Below, piece by piece: positions 19,493 through 31,501 of a DNA stretch of 64,000 bases. The DNA is from Candidatus Fervidifonticultor sextus (GTDB lineage Bacteria; Sysuimicrobiota; Sysuimicrobiia; Sysuimicrobiales; Humicultoraceae). The position numbers were made by a program, and so were the translations under genes. The notes below the pieces were generated by a model. It had not been told where the DNA came from and did not search any database. It saw nothing but the letters and a program-made list of their open reading frames with translations. Position 1 is the first letter of the stretch, and every line of letters starts with the position of its first letter. The stretch lies in assembly GCA_031459875.1 (NCBI GenBank), contig JAVKHQ010000014.1, positions 10,620-74,619 of the forward strand, written 5' to 3'.

Positions 19493-20602
19493 ATGCAGTT
19501 CACCTGTGGGCAGGATCAATTGAACAGAGCAGTGGGGCTTGTTGGGCGGGCCGTTTCGACCCGAGCGACCATGCCGATTTTGGGCAACGTTTTGCTGGAA
19601 ACGCGGAAGGAAACGGTTAAACTGGCGGCTACGGATCTTGATCACGGGATTCAAACCGAGGTGGGAGCTAGGATTGCGCGGAGTGGGGCGATCACGCTAC
19701 CGGCGCGGCTGTTCGCAGAAATTGTTGCTAACCTCCCGCCAGCAGACGTGCAGATCACGGTGGCGGAAAACGGTACAGAAGTCAGGGTGCAGTGCGAGAC
19801 TGTGACCTACGACTTGATAGGGCTGCCAGCAACGGATTTCCCCCTGATGCCGGAACCGGAGGTAACCCCGGTGGCCAGCGTCGACAGTGGGTTGCTGCGC
19901 ACCATGGTGAGGCAGACGGCATTCGCTGTGTCGACCGACGAAACGCGAGTATTTCTCACAGGACTATACCTGGTTCTGGATGACAAGGAAATTCGGTTGG
20001 TGGCCACGGATGGCGGGCGGCTTGCACTGCGCATCGGGAGACTTGCGAGGGCGGCAACGCAGAAGGTAGGTGTGATCGTTCCTGCCAAAACGATGCACGA
20101 ACTGTCACGGGCGTTGATCGGTGTGGAAGGTGGGGTGGAGATTTTCCTGGCAGAGAATCAGATCCTGTTTACTACGCCTGCGGTGCGCGTGATCAGCCGG
20201 CTGATCCCAGGTCCGTTCCCGAACTATCAGCAGGTAATTCCTCAGAGCTACAAGCAGCGGGTGACGGTTGGTACTGAGCGTTTTCTGGCAGCGGTGCGAC
20301 GAGTCGCGTTGACGGCGCGAGACTCTGCCAACGTGGTCCGACTTCACGCCGAGGGCGGTGTGCTTGTACTGGTTTCCAGTACTCCGGAATACGGGCGTGC
20401 GGAAGAACGCGTTGTGGTCAGCGTCGAAGGGGAGACCGTGGTGACGGCGTTCAACGCCCGCTACCTGGTAGATTGTCTGGCGGTGTTGGAGACGGACGAG
20501 CTCGTGTTGGAGTTAACCGGGCCGTTAAGCCCTGGGGTTTTTCGGCCCGCAGGGCAGAGTGATTACACGTACGTACTGGCGCCAGTGCGCGTTGCCGCAT
20601 AG
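19493..20602 (+). CDS. dnaN: DNA polymerase III beta clamp
   Basis: PILGN.LL, ATDL, VATDG.RLA, SRLI.G.FPNY, FNARYL. Confidence 0.97.
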   Translation: MQFTCGQDQLNRAVGLVGRAVSTRATMPILGNVLLETRKETVKLAATDLDHGIQTEVGARIARSGAITLPARLFAEIVANLPPADVQITVAENGTEVRVQCETVTYDLIGLPATDFPLMPEPEVTPVASVDSGLLRTMVRQTAFAVSTDETRVFLTGLYLVLDDKEIRLVATDGGRLALRIGRLARAATQKVGVIVPAKTMHELSRALIGVEGGVEIFLAENQILFTTPAVRVISRLIPGPFPNYQQVIPQSYKQRVTVGTERFLAAVRRVALTARDSANVVRLHAEGGVLVLVSSTPEYGRAEERVVVSVEGETVVTAFNARYLVDCLAVLETDELVLELTGPLSPGVFRPAGQSDYTYVLAPVRVAA

Positions 20603-20858
20603 GCGATACGTTTCCATACATACTGGGAGTATTACGTTGGGCGCGTTGCTCAAGTGGGCTGGTGTAGTCAGCACCGGTGGCGAAGCGAAGGTGCTGATCG
20701 CAGGTGGGCGGGTGCTAGTCAACGGGCGGGTGGAGAACCGCTGCGGTTGTAAAATACGGGTTGGCGATCGTGTGACAGTGCGGGATGGGCCGGTGCTGAT
20801 GGTTATCGGGGACGGATGTGGCGTACCTCCGTCGGTTGTGGCTGCGCGACTTTCGTAA
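20592..20858 (+). CDS. yaaA: S4-domain protein (YaaA-like)
   Basis: ITLG.LLK..G...TGGEAK..I..G.V.VNG..E; position between dnaN and recF; start uncertain (TTG). Confidence 0.8.
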   Translation: MPHRRYVSIHTGSITLGALLKWAGVVSTGGEAKVLIAGGRVLVNGRVENRCGCKIRVGDRVTVRDGPVLMVIGDGCGVPPSVVAARLS

Positions 20859-21927
20859 CTATACCCATGGTGATGTTCATCTGGCGGGTGGGCTCACCGT
20901 GTTCGTTGGTGGAAACGGTGAGGGGAAGTCGAACTTGCTGGAGGCGGTGTATCTGACAGCGACCGGACGATCGTACCGCACCGCTCGCGAGTGGGAGGTG
21001 ATCCGACGAGGAAGTAATGTGTGCCGAGTACGTGCCTGGGTAGCGCGGCGAGGGCGCGACGAGGAACTTGAGATTACTGTAAGTCGAGAAGCAGAACGTA
21101 CCAACATCCGAATGCGGGTGAACGGCGTGGAGATGTCACGGGGAGCGGTGCTCGGAAGGTTACCCGTGGTCATAGCGGGGCCGTGGGATTTGGATCTCGT
21201 CCGCGGAGCGAGTGGTGTCCGGCGGCGCCTGTTGGATGGGGCGCTTTCGCAACTGAGCCCTGCGTATTTCTTCGCGTTGCATCGCTACCATCGTGTGGTG
21301 GTGCAGCGGAATGCGGAGCTTCGACGGCGTAGGGCCGATGGACTTGAACCGTGGGATGCGCAGTTGGTGGCGCTCGGAGTCCGGATTACTGCCCGCCGGG
21401 CCGACTATGTGGGGCGGATCGCGCCACACGCGGCAGTGTGGTTCGCGCAATTCGGTGGGACAGGGAACCTGGAGGTCGTGTACCGGCCCTCATGGCAAGG
21501 TTTGAGTGACGAAGAACGAACGGCCTGCGCCTGGGCGAAACTCGGCCGGACGCGTGCCGATGAATATCAACGAGGAGTTACGCTGAGCGGTCCCCACAGG
21601 GACGAGATGGAATTTCTCTTGGACGGGGTCCCGCTCCGTGTTCACGGTTCGCAGGGTCAGTGGAGGACGGCCATGCTTGCTGTGCGCCTAGCGGAGCGGG
21701 CAGTGATGGCGGCGGAGATGGGGATCAGGCCGGTGCTCCTGTTGGATGACGCGCTGGCGGAACTCGACCCGGAGCGGCAGAGGAGGTTTCTGGAACTGCA
21801 GAATGAAGGGCAGACGCTGGTGACGGCAACAACCCTGCCGCCGCTGGCCCGTTCCGTGCAGGCGTTTCGGGTCCAGGCCGGAACGCTTCTGGAGGGCGAA
21901 TGGTCACTCCCCTCCGCGACATTCTGA
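20818..21927 (+). CDS. recF: DNA replication/repair protein RecF
   Basis: FRNY, GGNGEGKSN, GPHRD, GSQGQ, LLLDD..ELD. Confidence 0.96.
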   Translation: MAYLRRLWLRDFRNYTHGDVHLAGGLTVFVGGNGEGKSNLLEAVYLTATGRSYRTAREWEVIRRGSNVCRVRAWVARRGRDEELEITVSREAERTNIRMRVNGVEMSRGAVLGRLPVVIAGPWDLDLVRGASGVRRRLLDGALSQLSPAYFFALHRYHRVVVQRNAELRRRRADGLEPWDAQLVALGVRITARRADYVGRIAPHAAVWFAQFGGTGNLEVVYRPSWQGLSDEERTACAWAKLGRTRADEYQRGVTLSGPHRDEMEFLLDGVPLRVHGSQGQWRTAMLAVRLAERAVMAAEMGIRPVLLLDDALAELDPERQRRFLELQNEGQTLVTATTLPPLARSVQAFRVQAGTLLEGEWSLPSATF

Positions 21928-22229
21928 AAACGGTAGCGCGCACCTGGGGTCTGGAACCGGCGGCGCGTGTAAGGTGGTTCCAGGAGGTTTGGCCGCAGGT
22001 TGTCGGGAGGGTTCTGGCGGAGGTCACCAGCCCAGTGGCGTTGCGGGGTGGGCGTCTGCGCGTGAGAGCAGACTCCCCAGCAGCCGGGCAGGAGATCCGC
22101 CTGCGCCGGGAGGCCATTCTGCGTGCGTTGGCTCGGAAAGTAGGGGAAGGTGCAGTGACAGATATCATCCCGGTCGTGCGGCGGGTGATGCGCGCGGGAA
22201 ATCGGCAGAACCGCCGACCGCCCAGATAG
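21900..22229 (+). CDS. DciA/DUF721 family protein
   Basis: W.QVVG..LA..T.P...G.L.V...S.A..QE pattern; follows recF. Confidence 0.8.
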   Translation: MVTPLRDILKTVARTWGLEPAARVRWFQEVWPQVVGRVLAEVTSPVALRGGRLRVRADSPAAGQEIRLRREAILRALARKVGEGAVTDIIPVVRRVMRAGNRQNRRPPR

Positions 22230-22236
22230 GGGTCCG

Positions 22237-22497
22237 ATGTTTGTATACCTCGGAGAAGAGGTCGTGGTGGACGTCCGACAGCTGGTGGCCATTCTGGATG
22301 TGCGAAGGCTTCGGCGAGATGCGGCTTCCGCGAGGGTGGCGGAACGTGCGGTGCGAGGGCATCCGGGGGAGCCGGTGCCGCGCGCCGTCATCGTCACGAC
22401 CAGAGGGGTATTCCCTGTCGCTATCGGGCCGGAGGCTGTGGCAAAACGCATCCAGAAGATGGCGCGGTCCCGCTTGCGGAAAACGGCAAGAAGATAG
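22237..22497 (+). CDS. RemB/DUF370 family protein
   Basis: MFVYLGEEVVV....VAILD start; canonical position before gyrB. Confidence 0.7.
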   Translation: MFVYLGEEVVVDVRQLVAILDVRRLRRDAASARVAERAVRGHPGEPVPRAVIVTTRGVFPVAIGPEAVAKRIQKMARSRLRKTARR

Positions 22498-22518
22498 ACA
22501 GGACGCGGGTTTTCACCG

Positions 22519-22547
22519 TTGACAGGCGCCGTCCTGACTGATAGACT
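22519..22547 (+). promoter_or_regulatory. sigma70-type promoter of gyrBA
   Basis: TTGACA-17nt-TAGACT with extended TG. Confidence 0.8.
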
Positions 22548-22605
22548 CAAATGCGGGCATGCGCGTTGGTGCGTATGCCCATTTGTTTCGGTGGGGTGTC
22601 CATGA

Positions 22606-24513
<1,908 letters not shown>

Positions 24514-24534
24514 ACGTGCTCCCGTGATCACAGC

Positions 24535-26988
24535 ATGGGCTCCGAAGACCTGAGGATCGTCTCGCGCCGTATCGAGGAGGAGATGCGGTCCTCCTATCTC
24601 GACTACGCCATGTCCGTCATCGTCAGCCGGGCCCTACCCGACGTGCGCGATGGCCTCAAGCCGGTCCAGCGGCGCATTCTCTACGGGATGTTAGAACTCG
24701 GTCTGCGGCCCGACGCCCCGCACCGAAAGAGCGCCCGGATCGTCGGTGAGGTGCTGGGCAAGCTGCACCCGCACGGAGACGTGCCGGTGTACGACGCCCT
24801 GGTCCGGATGGGACAGGAGTGGTCGTTCCGTTATCCGCTGGTCGACGGGCAGGGGAATTTCGGCAGCATTGACGGGGACGCGCCGGCGGCCATGCGGTAC
24901 TCGGAGGCGCGGTTGTCGGCGGTTGCAGCGGAACTGCTGGCCGATCTCGACAAGGATACCGTTGACTTCGTCCCCAACTTCGATGAGAGCCTGAAGGAGC
25001 CGGTGGTCCTGCCGTCGCGTCTGCCCAACCTGTTGATGAATGGGGCAGCTGGGATCGCGGTCGGCATGGCGACCAGCATCCCGCCTCACAACCTGGGGGA
25101 GATCATTGATGGCCTGGTGGTGCTCATCGACAACCCCGAGGCGACCGTTGATGAGCTGCTGAAGGTCGTCAAGGGGCCGGACTTCCCCACCGGGGGTGTC
25201 ATCCTGGGTCGCGACGGCATTCGGGCGGCCTATACCACCGGGCGGGGCACCATCACCGTGCAGGCCAAGACGTCCTTCGAGGAACTGCGGGGCGGCCGTG
25301 TGGCGATCGTCGTCACCGAGATCCCCTTCATGGTGAGCAAGGCGGCTCTGGTTCAGCGCATCGCCGATCTGGTCCGTCAGAAGAAACTTCAGGGCATCTC
25401 AGACCTGCGGGATGAATCCGATCGGCGAGGCCTGCGGGTGGTGATTGAACTGCGACGGGACGCCAACCCCCAGATCGTCCGCAACCAGCTCTTCAAGCAC
25501 ACCCAGATGCAGACGACCTTCGGCGCCATCATGCTGGCGCTGGTAGACGGGGCGCCGAAGCAACTGACCCTTAAGGAACTGCTCGAGCGCTACTTGGAGC
25601 ACCGGCGGACTGTTGTGATCCGCCGCACACGCTTCGAGCTGCGGCGGGCGGAGGACCGGGCGCACATTCTGGAGGGACTGAGGGTCGCGCTGAACCGCCT
25701 GGACGAGGTCATCGCCCTGATCCGGAAGGCCAAGGACGTCTCGGCGGCCCGGGGGGGGCTGCAGAAGATCTTCAAGCTCAGCGAACCGCAGGCCGACGCG
25801 ATCCTGGAGATGCGGCTGCAGCGCCTGACGGCGATGGAACGGGAGAAGGTCGAGACCGAATACAAGGGGCTCCTCAAGGATATCGCCCGCTTCAAGGAGA
25901 TGCTGGCCGACGCCACGTCGCCGCGGCCGCGGTTGATCATGGCGTCCATCAGAGACGACCTGTTGGCGCTCAAGGAGCGGTACGGAGATTCGCGCCGTAC
26001 GAAGATCACCAGCCGCGAGGCCGAGGAGTTCGAGGCGGAGGATCTGATTCCCGATGCTGACGTGGTCATCACGCTGACCCGCAATACGTACATCAAACGC
26101 CAGCCGCTGGAAACCTATCGGTTACAGCGACGCGGCGGCCGCGGTGTTGCCGGCATCATGACGAGGGAAGAAGACGTGGTCGAGCACATCGCGGTGACGA
26201 CGAACCACGCCTTCCTGCTGTTCTTCACCAACCGCGGCAAGGTCTACCGGACGAAAGCCCACGAAGTTCCCGAGGCTGGCCGCACGGCACGAGGCCTACC
26301 GGTGGTCAACCTGATCACCGTCGCCCAGGGCGAGCGCGTCACGGCCATCATCCCGCTGCGGTCCTTCGAAGAGGCAGGCTGGCTGTTCATGGCCACCCGG
26401 CGTGGCCACGTTAAGAAGACGGGGCTCATGGAGTTCATCAACGCCAAGCGGGCAGGGATCTTTGCGATCACCCTGGGGCGCGATGACGAACTGGTTGGCG
26501 TCCGCCACATCCAGAAGGACACCGAGATCGCCCTGGCGACCCGGCAGGGGCGTGCCCTCCGCTTCCGGGCCAGCCAGGTGCGTGAGATGGGGCGCTCCGC
26601 CAGGGGTGTGATCGGGATCCGGTTGCGGGGGGACGATCAGGTGGTCGGGGTCGCCGACAGCGGCGAGGGGCAGTTCCTGTTGACGGTCACCGAGCACGGG
26701 TACGGCAAGCGGACGCCGTTCGGACACTATCCGGTTAAGCACCGGGGTGGCATGGGCGTTATCAACATCAAGGTCACCAAACGCAACGGCCCGGTGGCGG
26801 CGGTGCGGGCGGTGGACGAAGACGACGAAGTGCTCCTCATCTCGGCTAACGGGATCGTTAATCGCATTCCGGTCAGGGAGGTTGCCATTCAGGGCCGACA
26901 GGCACAGGGCGTGGCGGTGAAGCGCCTGGAAGCAGGCGACCGCGTGACCGCCGTCGCCCGGATCCGGGCCCGGGACGAGAAGGAGTAA
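24535..26988 (+). CDS. gyrA: DNA gyrase subunit A
   Basis: [19 protein letters not shown], GyrA-box QRRGGRG, beta-pinwheel repeats. Confidence 0.97.
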   Translation: MGSEDLRIVSRRIEEEMRSSYLDYAMSVIVSRALPDVRDGLKPVQRRILYGMLELGLRPDAPHRKSARIVGEVLGKLHPHGDVPVYDALVRMGQEWSFRYPLVDGQGNFGSIDGDAPAAMRYSEARLSAVAAELLADLDKDTVDFVPNFDESLKEPVVLPSRLPNLLMNGAAGIAVGMATSIPPHNLGEIIDGLVVLIDNPEATVDELLKVVKGPDFPTGGVILGRDGIRAAYTTGRGTITVQAKTSFEELRGGRVAIVVTEIPFMVSKAALVQRIADLVRQKKLQGISDLRDESDRRGLRVVIELRRDANPQIVRNQLFKHTQMQTTFGAIMLALVDGAPKQLTLKELLERYLEHRRTVVIRRTRFELRRAEDRAHILEGLRVALNRLDEVIALIRKAKDVSAARGGLQKIFKLSEPQADAILEMRLQRLTAMEREKVETEYKGLLKDIARFKEMLADATSPRPRLIMASIRDDLLALKERYGDSRRTKITSREAEEFEAEDLIPDADVVITLTRNTYIKRQPLETYRLQRRGGRGVAGIMTREEDVVEHIAVTTNHAFLLFFTNRGKVYRTKAHEVPEAGRTARGLPVVNLITVAQGERVTAIIPLRSFEEAGWLFMATRRGHVKKTGLMEFINAKRAGIFAITLGRDDELVGVRHIQKDTEIALATRQGRALRFRASQVREMGRSARGVIGIRLRGDDQVVGVADSGEGQFLLTVTEHGYGKRTPFGHYPVKHRGGMGVINIKVTKRNGPVAAVRAVDEDDEVLLISANGIVNRIPVREVAIQGRQAQGVAVKRLEAGDRVTAVARIRARDEKE

Positions 26989-27001
26989 CCCCAAGACCCC
27001 G

Positions 27002-27658
27002 ATGCGCTGGACGCGGTGGCTGCCTGCAGCGGGTGTGCTGACCGGCACGGTCCTCCTCCACGAGGTGGCGCACGCCATCGCGGCCCACCGCATGGGCGGG
27101 GCGGTTCGGGAAGTGGGCGTGGGGTTCGGACCGGTACTCGCGCGGCGCCGGGTGGGCGGGGTCAACGTCTCGCTGCGGCTGATTCTCCTGGGTGGGTTTG
27201 CCGCCATCGAGATCGATCGCCTGCCGCCCGCCCGCCGTATTCCCGTGCTGCTGGCCGGGCCCCTGGTCAACATTGCAGCCGGCGTAGCCCTCCGGGCGCT
27301 GGCCGGACCTGTCCAGCCGGTGACGCTGCCGGGGCAGCGGTCCCGCGTGGAGGTCGGCGGCCTGATGGCGGCGGTGGCCATGCTGATTCGGGCCTCTGCC
27401 GCCGGGCCGGCGGCACTGCTCCGGGCGGCCGGAGACGTGAACCTCAGCGTCGGCCTGGCAAACCTCGCGCCGGTTCTGCCCTTGGACGGCGGACACCTGG
27501 CCGCCGCGCACCTGGAGGCGGCGGGTGCTAGCCGGGCTCTGTTGGCGTTCTTCCGCCAGATCACAGCGGGCGTGTTCTTCTGGATAGCCCTCCGTGTGCT
27601 GCTGGCCGACCTTGCGCGGTTCCGGATGTCGGCCGCCGTCAGTCCGCGCCCGCAGTAG
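27002..27658 (+). CDS. Site-2 protease (peptidase M50), no PDZ domain
   Basis: HEVAH, GVGFGP, AGPLVN, NLAPVLPLDGG. Confidence 0.85.
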   Translation: MRWTRWLPAAGVLTGTVLLHEVAHAIAAHRMGGAVREVGVGFGPVLARRRVGGVNVSLRLILLGGFAAIEIDRLPPARRIPVLLAGPLVNIAAGVALRALAGPVQPVTLPGQRSRVEVGGLMAAVAMLIRASAAGPAALLRAAGDVNLSVGLANLAPVLPLDGGHLAAAHLEAAGASRALLAFFRQITAGVFFWIALRVLLADLARFRMSAAVSPRPQ

Positions 27659-27664
27659 GCTCCT

Positions 27665-28498
27665 GTGAGGACGGTGGTCGCACCGCTGGTCGATGCCGTG
27701 CCGGCCGACCGGAGCGCCGTGCCCGCCGAATGGGCGTCCTGGGCCGAAGAACCGGGTCGGGCCGTTCGCATTGAGGAAGGCGGCGAGGTGCTGGGGATGG
27801 TGCACGCTGTCATCGTGGGTCGCACCGAGGGGTGGTTCGAAGGCCTGTGGGTCCGGCCGCAAGCCCGCCGCCAGGGGCTGGGGCGGAGGCTGATTGCCGA
27901 GGCGGAGGATTTCGTCCGGCGCTACGGCGTAGACACGGTGCGGGCGGCCGTGCCCGCCCGCGACGACGTTGCGCTGGCCGCAGCCGAGCGTGCCGGGTTT
28001 GTTCGGGTCTGCGAGGCCGCCGTGCTGGTGGCGCAGATCCCCCACAGGCCTCTGGACCCTGCCTCCGGAGTGCCGGTCGGCCCTGCGGGGCCCGGCGAGA
28101 CGGGCGCAATGGTCGCACTGCTCCAGGCGTCTTCACAGATCAGGGCCTGGCGCGGGCTGGCGCCGCTGGGGTGGCGGTTCCGGCGGGTGGTGCCCGAACT
28201 GGTGCGCGGGCTAATCAGGGACCGCCGCGTCCTGCGGGCAGGAGACCCGGCCTGGGGCATCGCCTGGTGTGCGCTGCGGGGGTCCGCTGCGGTCATCTTG
28301 GTGCTGTCGGGACCCTCCCCCCACCGCCTGGCGCTCTTCGGGGCCGTGGTCGAAGCGGCCCGTCACGCTGGCGCCGTCTGTGTGGCGTTATTCGCATCCG
28401 ACCCCCGCGCGGCCGACGACCTGGGGATCCCGTTCGCGGCGCATCCTTGGTGTCCGGACGGGCTGGTGATCGTGGAGAAACATCTGACGGCGGGGTGA
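27665..28498 (+). CDS. GNAT family acetyltransferase
   Basis: LWVRPQARRQGLG acetyl-CoA motif. Confidence 0.75.
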   Translation: MRTVVAPLVDAVPADRSAVPAEWASWAEEPGRAVRIEEGGEVLGMVHAVIVGRTEGWFEGLWVRPQARRQGLGRRLIAEAEDFVRRYGVDTVRAAVPARDDVALAAAERAGFVRVCEAAVLVAQIPHRPLDPASGVPVGPAGPGETGAMVALLQASSQIRAWRGLAPLGWRFRRVVPELVRGLIRDRRVLRAGDPAWGIAWCALRGSAAVILVLSGPSPHRLALFGAVVEAARHAGAVCVALFASDPRAADDLGIPFAAHPWCPDGLVIVEKHLTAG

Positions 28499-28501
28499 GG
28501 C

Positions 28502-28966
28502 ATGGATCCATATGTAGCACCACACCTGCAGGTGTTGGAGGAACTCCACCGCCAGATCGTGGAGATGGTCGCACCGCTGGACGACGAGCAGGTCAACCGC
28601 ACCGTCCCCGGACTCGCCAATACCATTGGGATTGTGCTGCGTCACGCCGCGGGGTCTGAGCGGTACTGGGTGGGTGAGATTCTGGGAGGATTTCCTGCGT
28701 ACCGGGACCGTGATGCCGAGTTCGGACGCGACCGGGTGCAGAAGGCCCAGGTGCTGGCCGATTTCGAGCGCACCGCGGCGCTGACACGCGAAGTCCTGGG
28801 CCGGCTCTCCCGGGAAGACCTCCTGACAGCCGTGGAGGTCCAGCGGGCTGGGGGCACCGGAAAAGAGACCAAGCTGTTCGCGCTCCTGCACGCCACGCGG
28901 CACCTGGCCTACCACGCGGGGCAGATCCGCTATCTGACCCGGCTGGTCGGTACCGGCGGCTCCTAG
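28502..28966 (+). CDS. DinB/DUF664-like protein
   Basis: NTIG..LRH..GSE.YW, RDRDAEF, H...H..YH.GQI. Confidence 0.8.
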   Translation: MDPYVAPHLQVLEELHRQIVEMVAPLDDEQVNRTVPGLANTIGIVLRHAAGSERYWVGEILGGFPAYRDRDAEFGRDRVQKAQVLADFERTAALTREVLGRLSREDLLTAVEVQRAGGTGKETKLFALLHATRHLAYHAGQIRYLTRLVGTGGS

Positions 28967-30513
28967 CGCGGGGCCATCCAGGTCCTCCGCAGTCCCAGGT
29001 AGGACGTGTTCGGCCAGTGCTGGAATCCGAGCACGTACCTGCGCACCGCCTCGTACTGGGTCGAGTGGAAGATGAACACCATCGGGACGGTCTCCAGCAG
29101 CCGCAACTGCGCCTGGTCGTAGATCCGTTTGCGGCGCGACTCGGCGGCGACAGTGCGCCCCTCGTCCAGCATCCGGTCGAACTCGGTGTCGGAGTAGTTG
29201 ACCAGGTTGAGGCCCGCGCCGGTCCGGAAGTTCGGGTAGAGGAAGTCGTCCGGATCGGTCTGCCCCGATGTCCCCAGGATGGACAGCGCGTAGCGCTTTT
29301 GGAACATCGTCGGCAGGTACACACTCCAGTCGGCCGCCACGATCCGCACCCGGATCCCGATGCGGCCCAACTGCGCTTGGATCAGTTCGGCCGGCGTCCT
29401 GAGGAAGTCGTAGGTGCTGGTCACGTAGAGCTCGGCGTCAAACCCGTTGGGATGCCCGGCCTCGGACAGGAGCCGCCTGGCTCGCTCGGGGTCCACTTTA
29501 TCGTAGACAGGCCGCGAGAGCGCGTAGTAGTTCCCCGGAGGGATCGCCGTCCCGGTGGCCTCGATCCCGCCGACGCCGAACAGCGCGGTGTCGACGATCT
29601 CCTTGCGGTTGATCGCCCAGGCCATGGCCTGGCGGACCTTCACGTTGTTGAACGGCGCCTGCGCGTTGTTGATGTACAGCGAGCGGAAGTTGGCCGACAG
29701 GCCGCCGACGATTTCGATGTTGGGGTCGGCCCGCAGGCTGCGGACCTCCGCGGCCGGGACGTACTCGATCCAGTCCACCGCGCCGGTGCGCAATGCCGTG
29801 GCGCGGGCCACGGCGTCGGGGAGGAAGACGAATTCGATCCGATCCACGTACGGCAGGCGGCGGCCCGTGTCGTCGGTCTGCCAGAAGTCGCCGTTGCGAA
29901 CCAGCACCAGGCGTTGCTGCGGCGTATAACTGATGAACCGGAAGGGCCCGGTGCCGGTGGGGTTGGCGTTGAGATCGCCGTCGCGCTCGACGACCTCCTT
30001 GGGCACGATAACGTTGCTGGAGAACGAGAGTTTGGCCAGCAGCGGGCTGAAGGGGCGTTTGAGCCGGAACACCACCGTGTGGGAGTCAGGGGTGCTGATG
30101 GTGTCCACCTCGGCGAAGTCGGCCGCGCGGGGGGACCGGGTCCGTGGGTCCCGGATCCGGTTGATCGAGTAGGCAACGTCCTCGGCGACCAGCGGCCGGC
30201 CGTGGTGGAACTTGACGTTGCGCCGCAGGGTGAAGGTCCAGGTCAGGCCGTCCTGGGACGTGCGCCACGACTCGGCGAGGCCGGGGACGTAACGGCCGTC
30301 CGCATCGTAGAAGACCAGCGTGTCGTACACGTTCTCCATCATATTGCGGGTGGCCGTGGCGGTGGTGAGGTGGGGGTCGAGCCCCACCGGGTCGGTCTGC
30401 ATCCCGGCACGCAGCGTGCCGCCGTAACGCGGTCCGGCTGGCTGCGCCCCGACAGGCGGCAGCGTCATGGCGATGAGCAGGCCTGCAAGGGCCGGTAGCA
30501 TCAGCAGACGCAT
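28963..30513 (-). CDS. ABC transporter substrate-binding protein, family 5 (Dpp/Opp)
   Basis: Signal peptide, LDP, P.LAESW, GTGPF, VRQA...AI.R. Confidence 0.92.
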   Translation of the reverse strand: MRLLMLPALAGLLIAMTLPPVGAQPAGPRYGGTLRAGMQTDPVGLDPHLTTATATRNMMENVYDTLVFYDADGRYVPGLAESWRTSQDGLTWTFTLRRNVKFHHGRPLVAEDVAYSINRIRDPRTRSPRAADFAEVDTISTPDSHTVVFRLKRPFSPLLAKLSFSSNVIVPKEVVERDGDLNANPTGTGPFRFISYTPQQRLVLVRNGDFWQTDDTGRRLPYVDRIEFVFLPDAVARATALRTGAVDWIEYVPAAEVRSLRADPNIEIVGGLSANFRSLYINNAQAPFNNVKVRQAMAWAINRKEIVDTALFGVGGIEATGTAIPPGNYYALSRPVYDKVDPERARRLLSEAGHPNGFDAELYVTSTYDFLRTPAELIQAQLGRIGIRVRIVAADWSVYLPTMFQKRYALSILGTSGQTDPDDFLYPNFRTGAGLNLVNYSDTEFDRMLDEGRTVAAESRRKRIYDQAQLRLLETVPMVFIFHSTQYEAVRRYVLGFQHWPNTSYLGLRRTWMAPR

Positions 30514-30613
30514 GAAACTCCCCCCCGGCTGCGAGCGTTCGCGCCCGTTGCGGGGCGCTGTGAGCAGCAGTATAGACTATCCGTCTTGTTTGTTCCAGGG
30601 ACACGGCGAAGGG

Positions 30614-31501
30614 TCAGGCTCTGTGTGCGTGCGGGTCCACCGCGTCGCGGATCCCGTCGCCGACCAGATTGAACCCCAGCACGGTGATGGTAATAGCCAG
30701 GCCGGGGCCGATGGCGGGCCACGGGGTGAACGTCATCACCGTGCGGCCCTCCGCAATCATCTGGCCCCACGTTGGGGTGGGTGGCTGTGTGCCCAGACCG
30801 AGGAACGAGAGGGCGGCCTCGGCCAGGATCGCCAACGCCAGCCGCAGGGTACTCTCCACCACGAGCGGCGCCGCGGCATTGGGCAGGATGTGGCGGCGGA
30901 GGATGCGCAGGTCGCCGGCGCCGACCGCCTCTGCGGCGTCGACGTATTCTTCATGGCGCACCGCCAGCACCGCCGCCCGTGCCACGCGCGCCATGGGTGC
31001 CGTAAAGATGATTCCGATCGCCAGCACCACGTTCCAGAAGCCGCCGCCCAGGAAGGCCAGGAGCCCAATGGCCAGCAGGATAGCCGGGAAGGCCAGCAGG
31101 ACGTCGGAGATGCGCATCACGACGGTGTCGAACCACCCGCCCCAGTACCCGACCAGGGCCCCCATCGCGCCGCCGACCGTCAGCGCGAGACCGACTGACA
31201 GCCCTCCCACGGCCAGCGAGATCCGGCCGCCGTAGAGGACGCGGGTCAACGTGTCGCGGCCGTAGAGGTCGTTGCCCAGCGGGTGCACAAGGGTGGGCGG
31301 GGTCAGACGCAGGTCGGGGGCAATCCTCACCGGATCGTACGGGGTGAGCACGGGCGCGAAGAGGGCTCCGCCGAGGACCACCACCAGCAGCAGCCCGCCA
31401 GTGCGGGCGCTGGGGTGCCGCCACAATCTGGCGGCGAGGGCCGGCCGCCGGCGGGCCGGCGTCCACCTAGCCGTAGCGGATGCGAGGGTCGATGACGCCA
31501 T
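30614..31501 (-). CDS. Dpp/Opp ABC permease (DppC-like)
   Basis: HPLG.D.YGRD, RHILPN, LSFLGLG.QPP.P.WG; start estimated. Confidence 0.9.
   Translation of the reverse strand: MASSTLASATARWTPARRRPALAARLWRHPSARTGGLLLVVVLGGALFAPVLTPYDPVRIAPDLRLTPPTLVHPLGNDLYGRDTLTRVLYGGRISLAVGGLSVGLALTVGGAMGALVGYWGGWFDTVVMRISDVLLAFPAILLAIGLLAFLGGGFWNVVLAIGIIFTAPMARVARAAVLAVRHEEYVDAAEAVGAGDLRILRRHILPNAAAPLVVESTLRLALAILAEAALSFLGLGTQPPTPTWGQMIAEGRTVMTFTPWPAIGPGLAITITVLGFNLVGDGIRDAVDPHAHRA

Noticed and set aside
22549..22584. CIRCE operator
   Set aside because: Does not match TTAGCACTC-N9-GAGTGCTAA.
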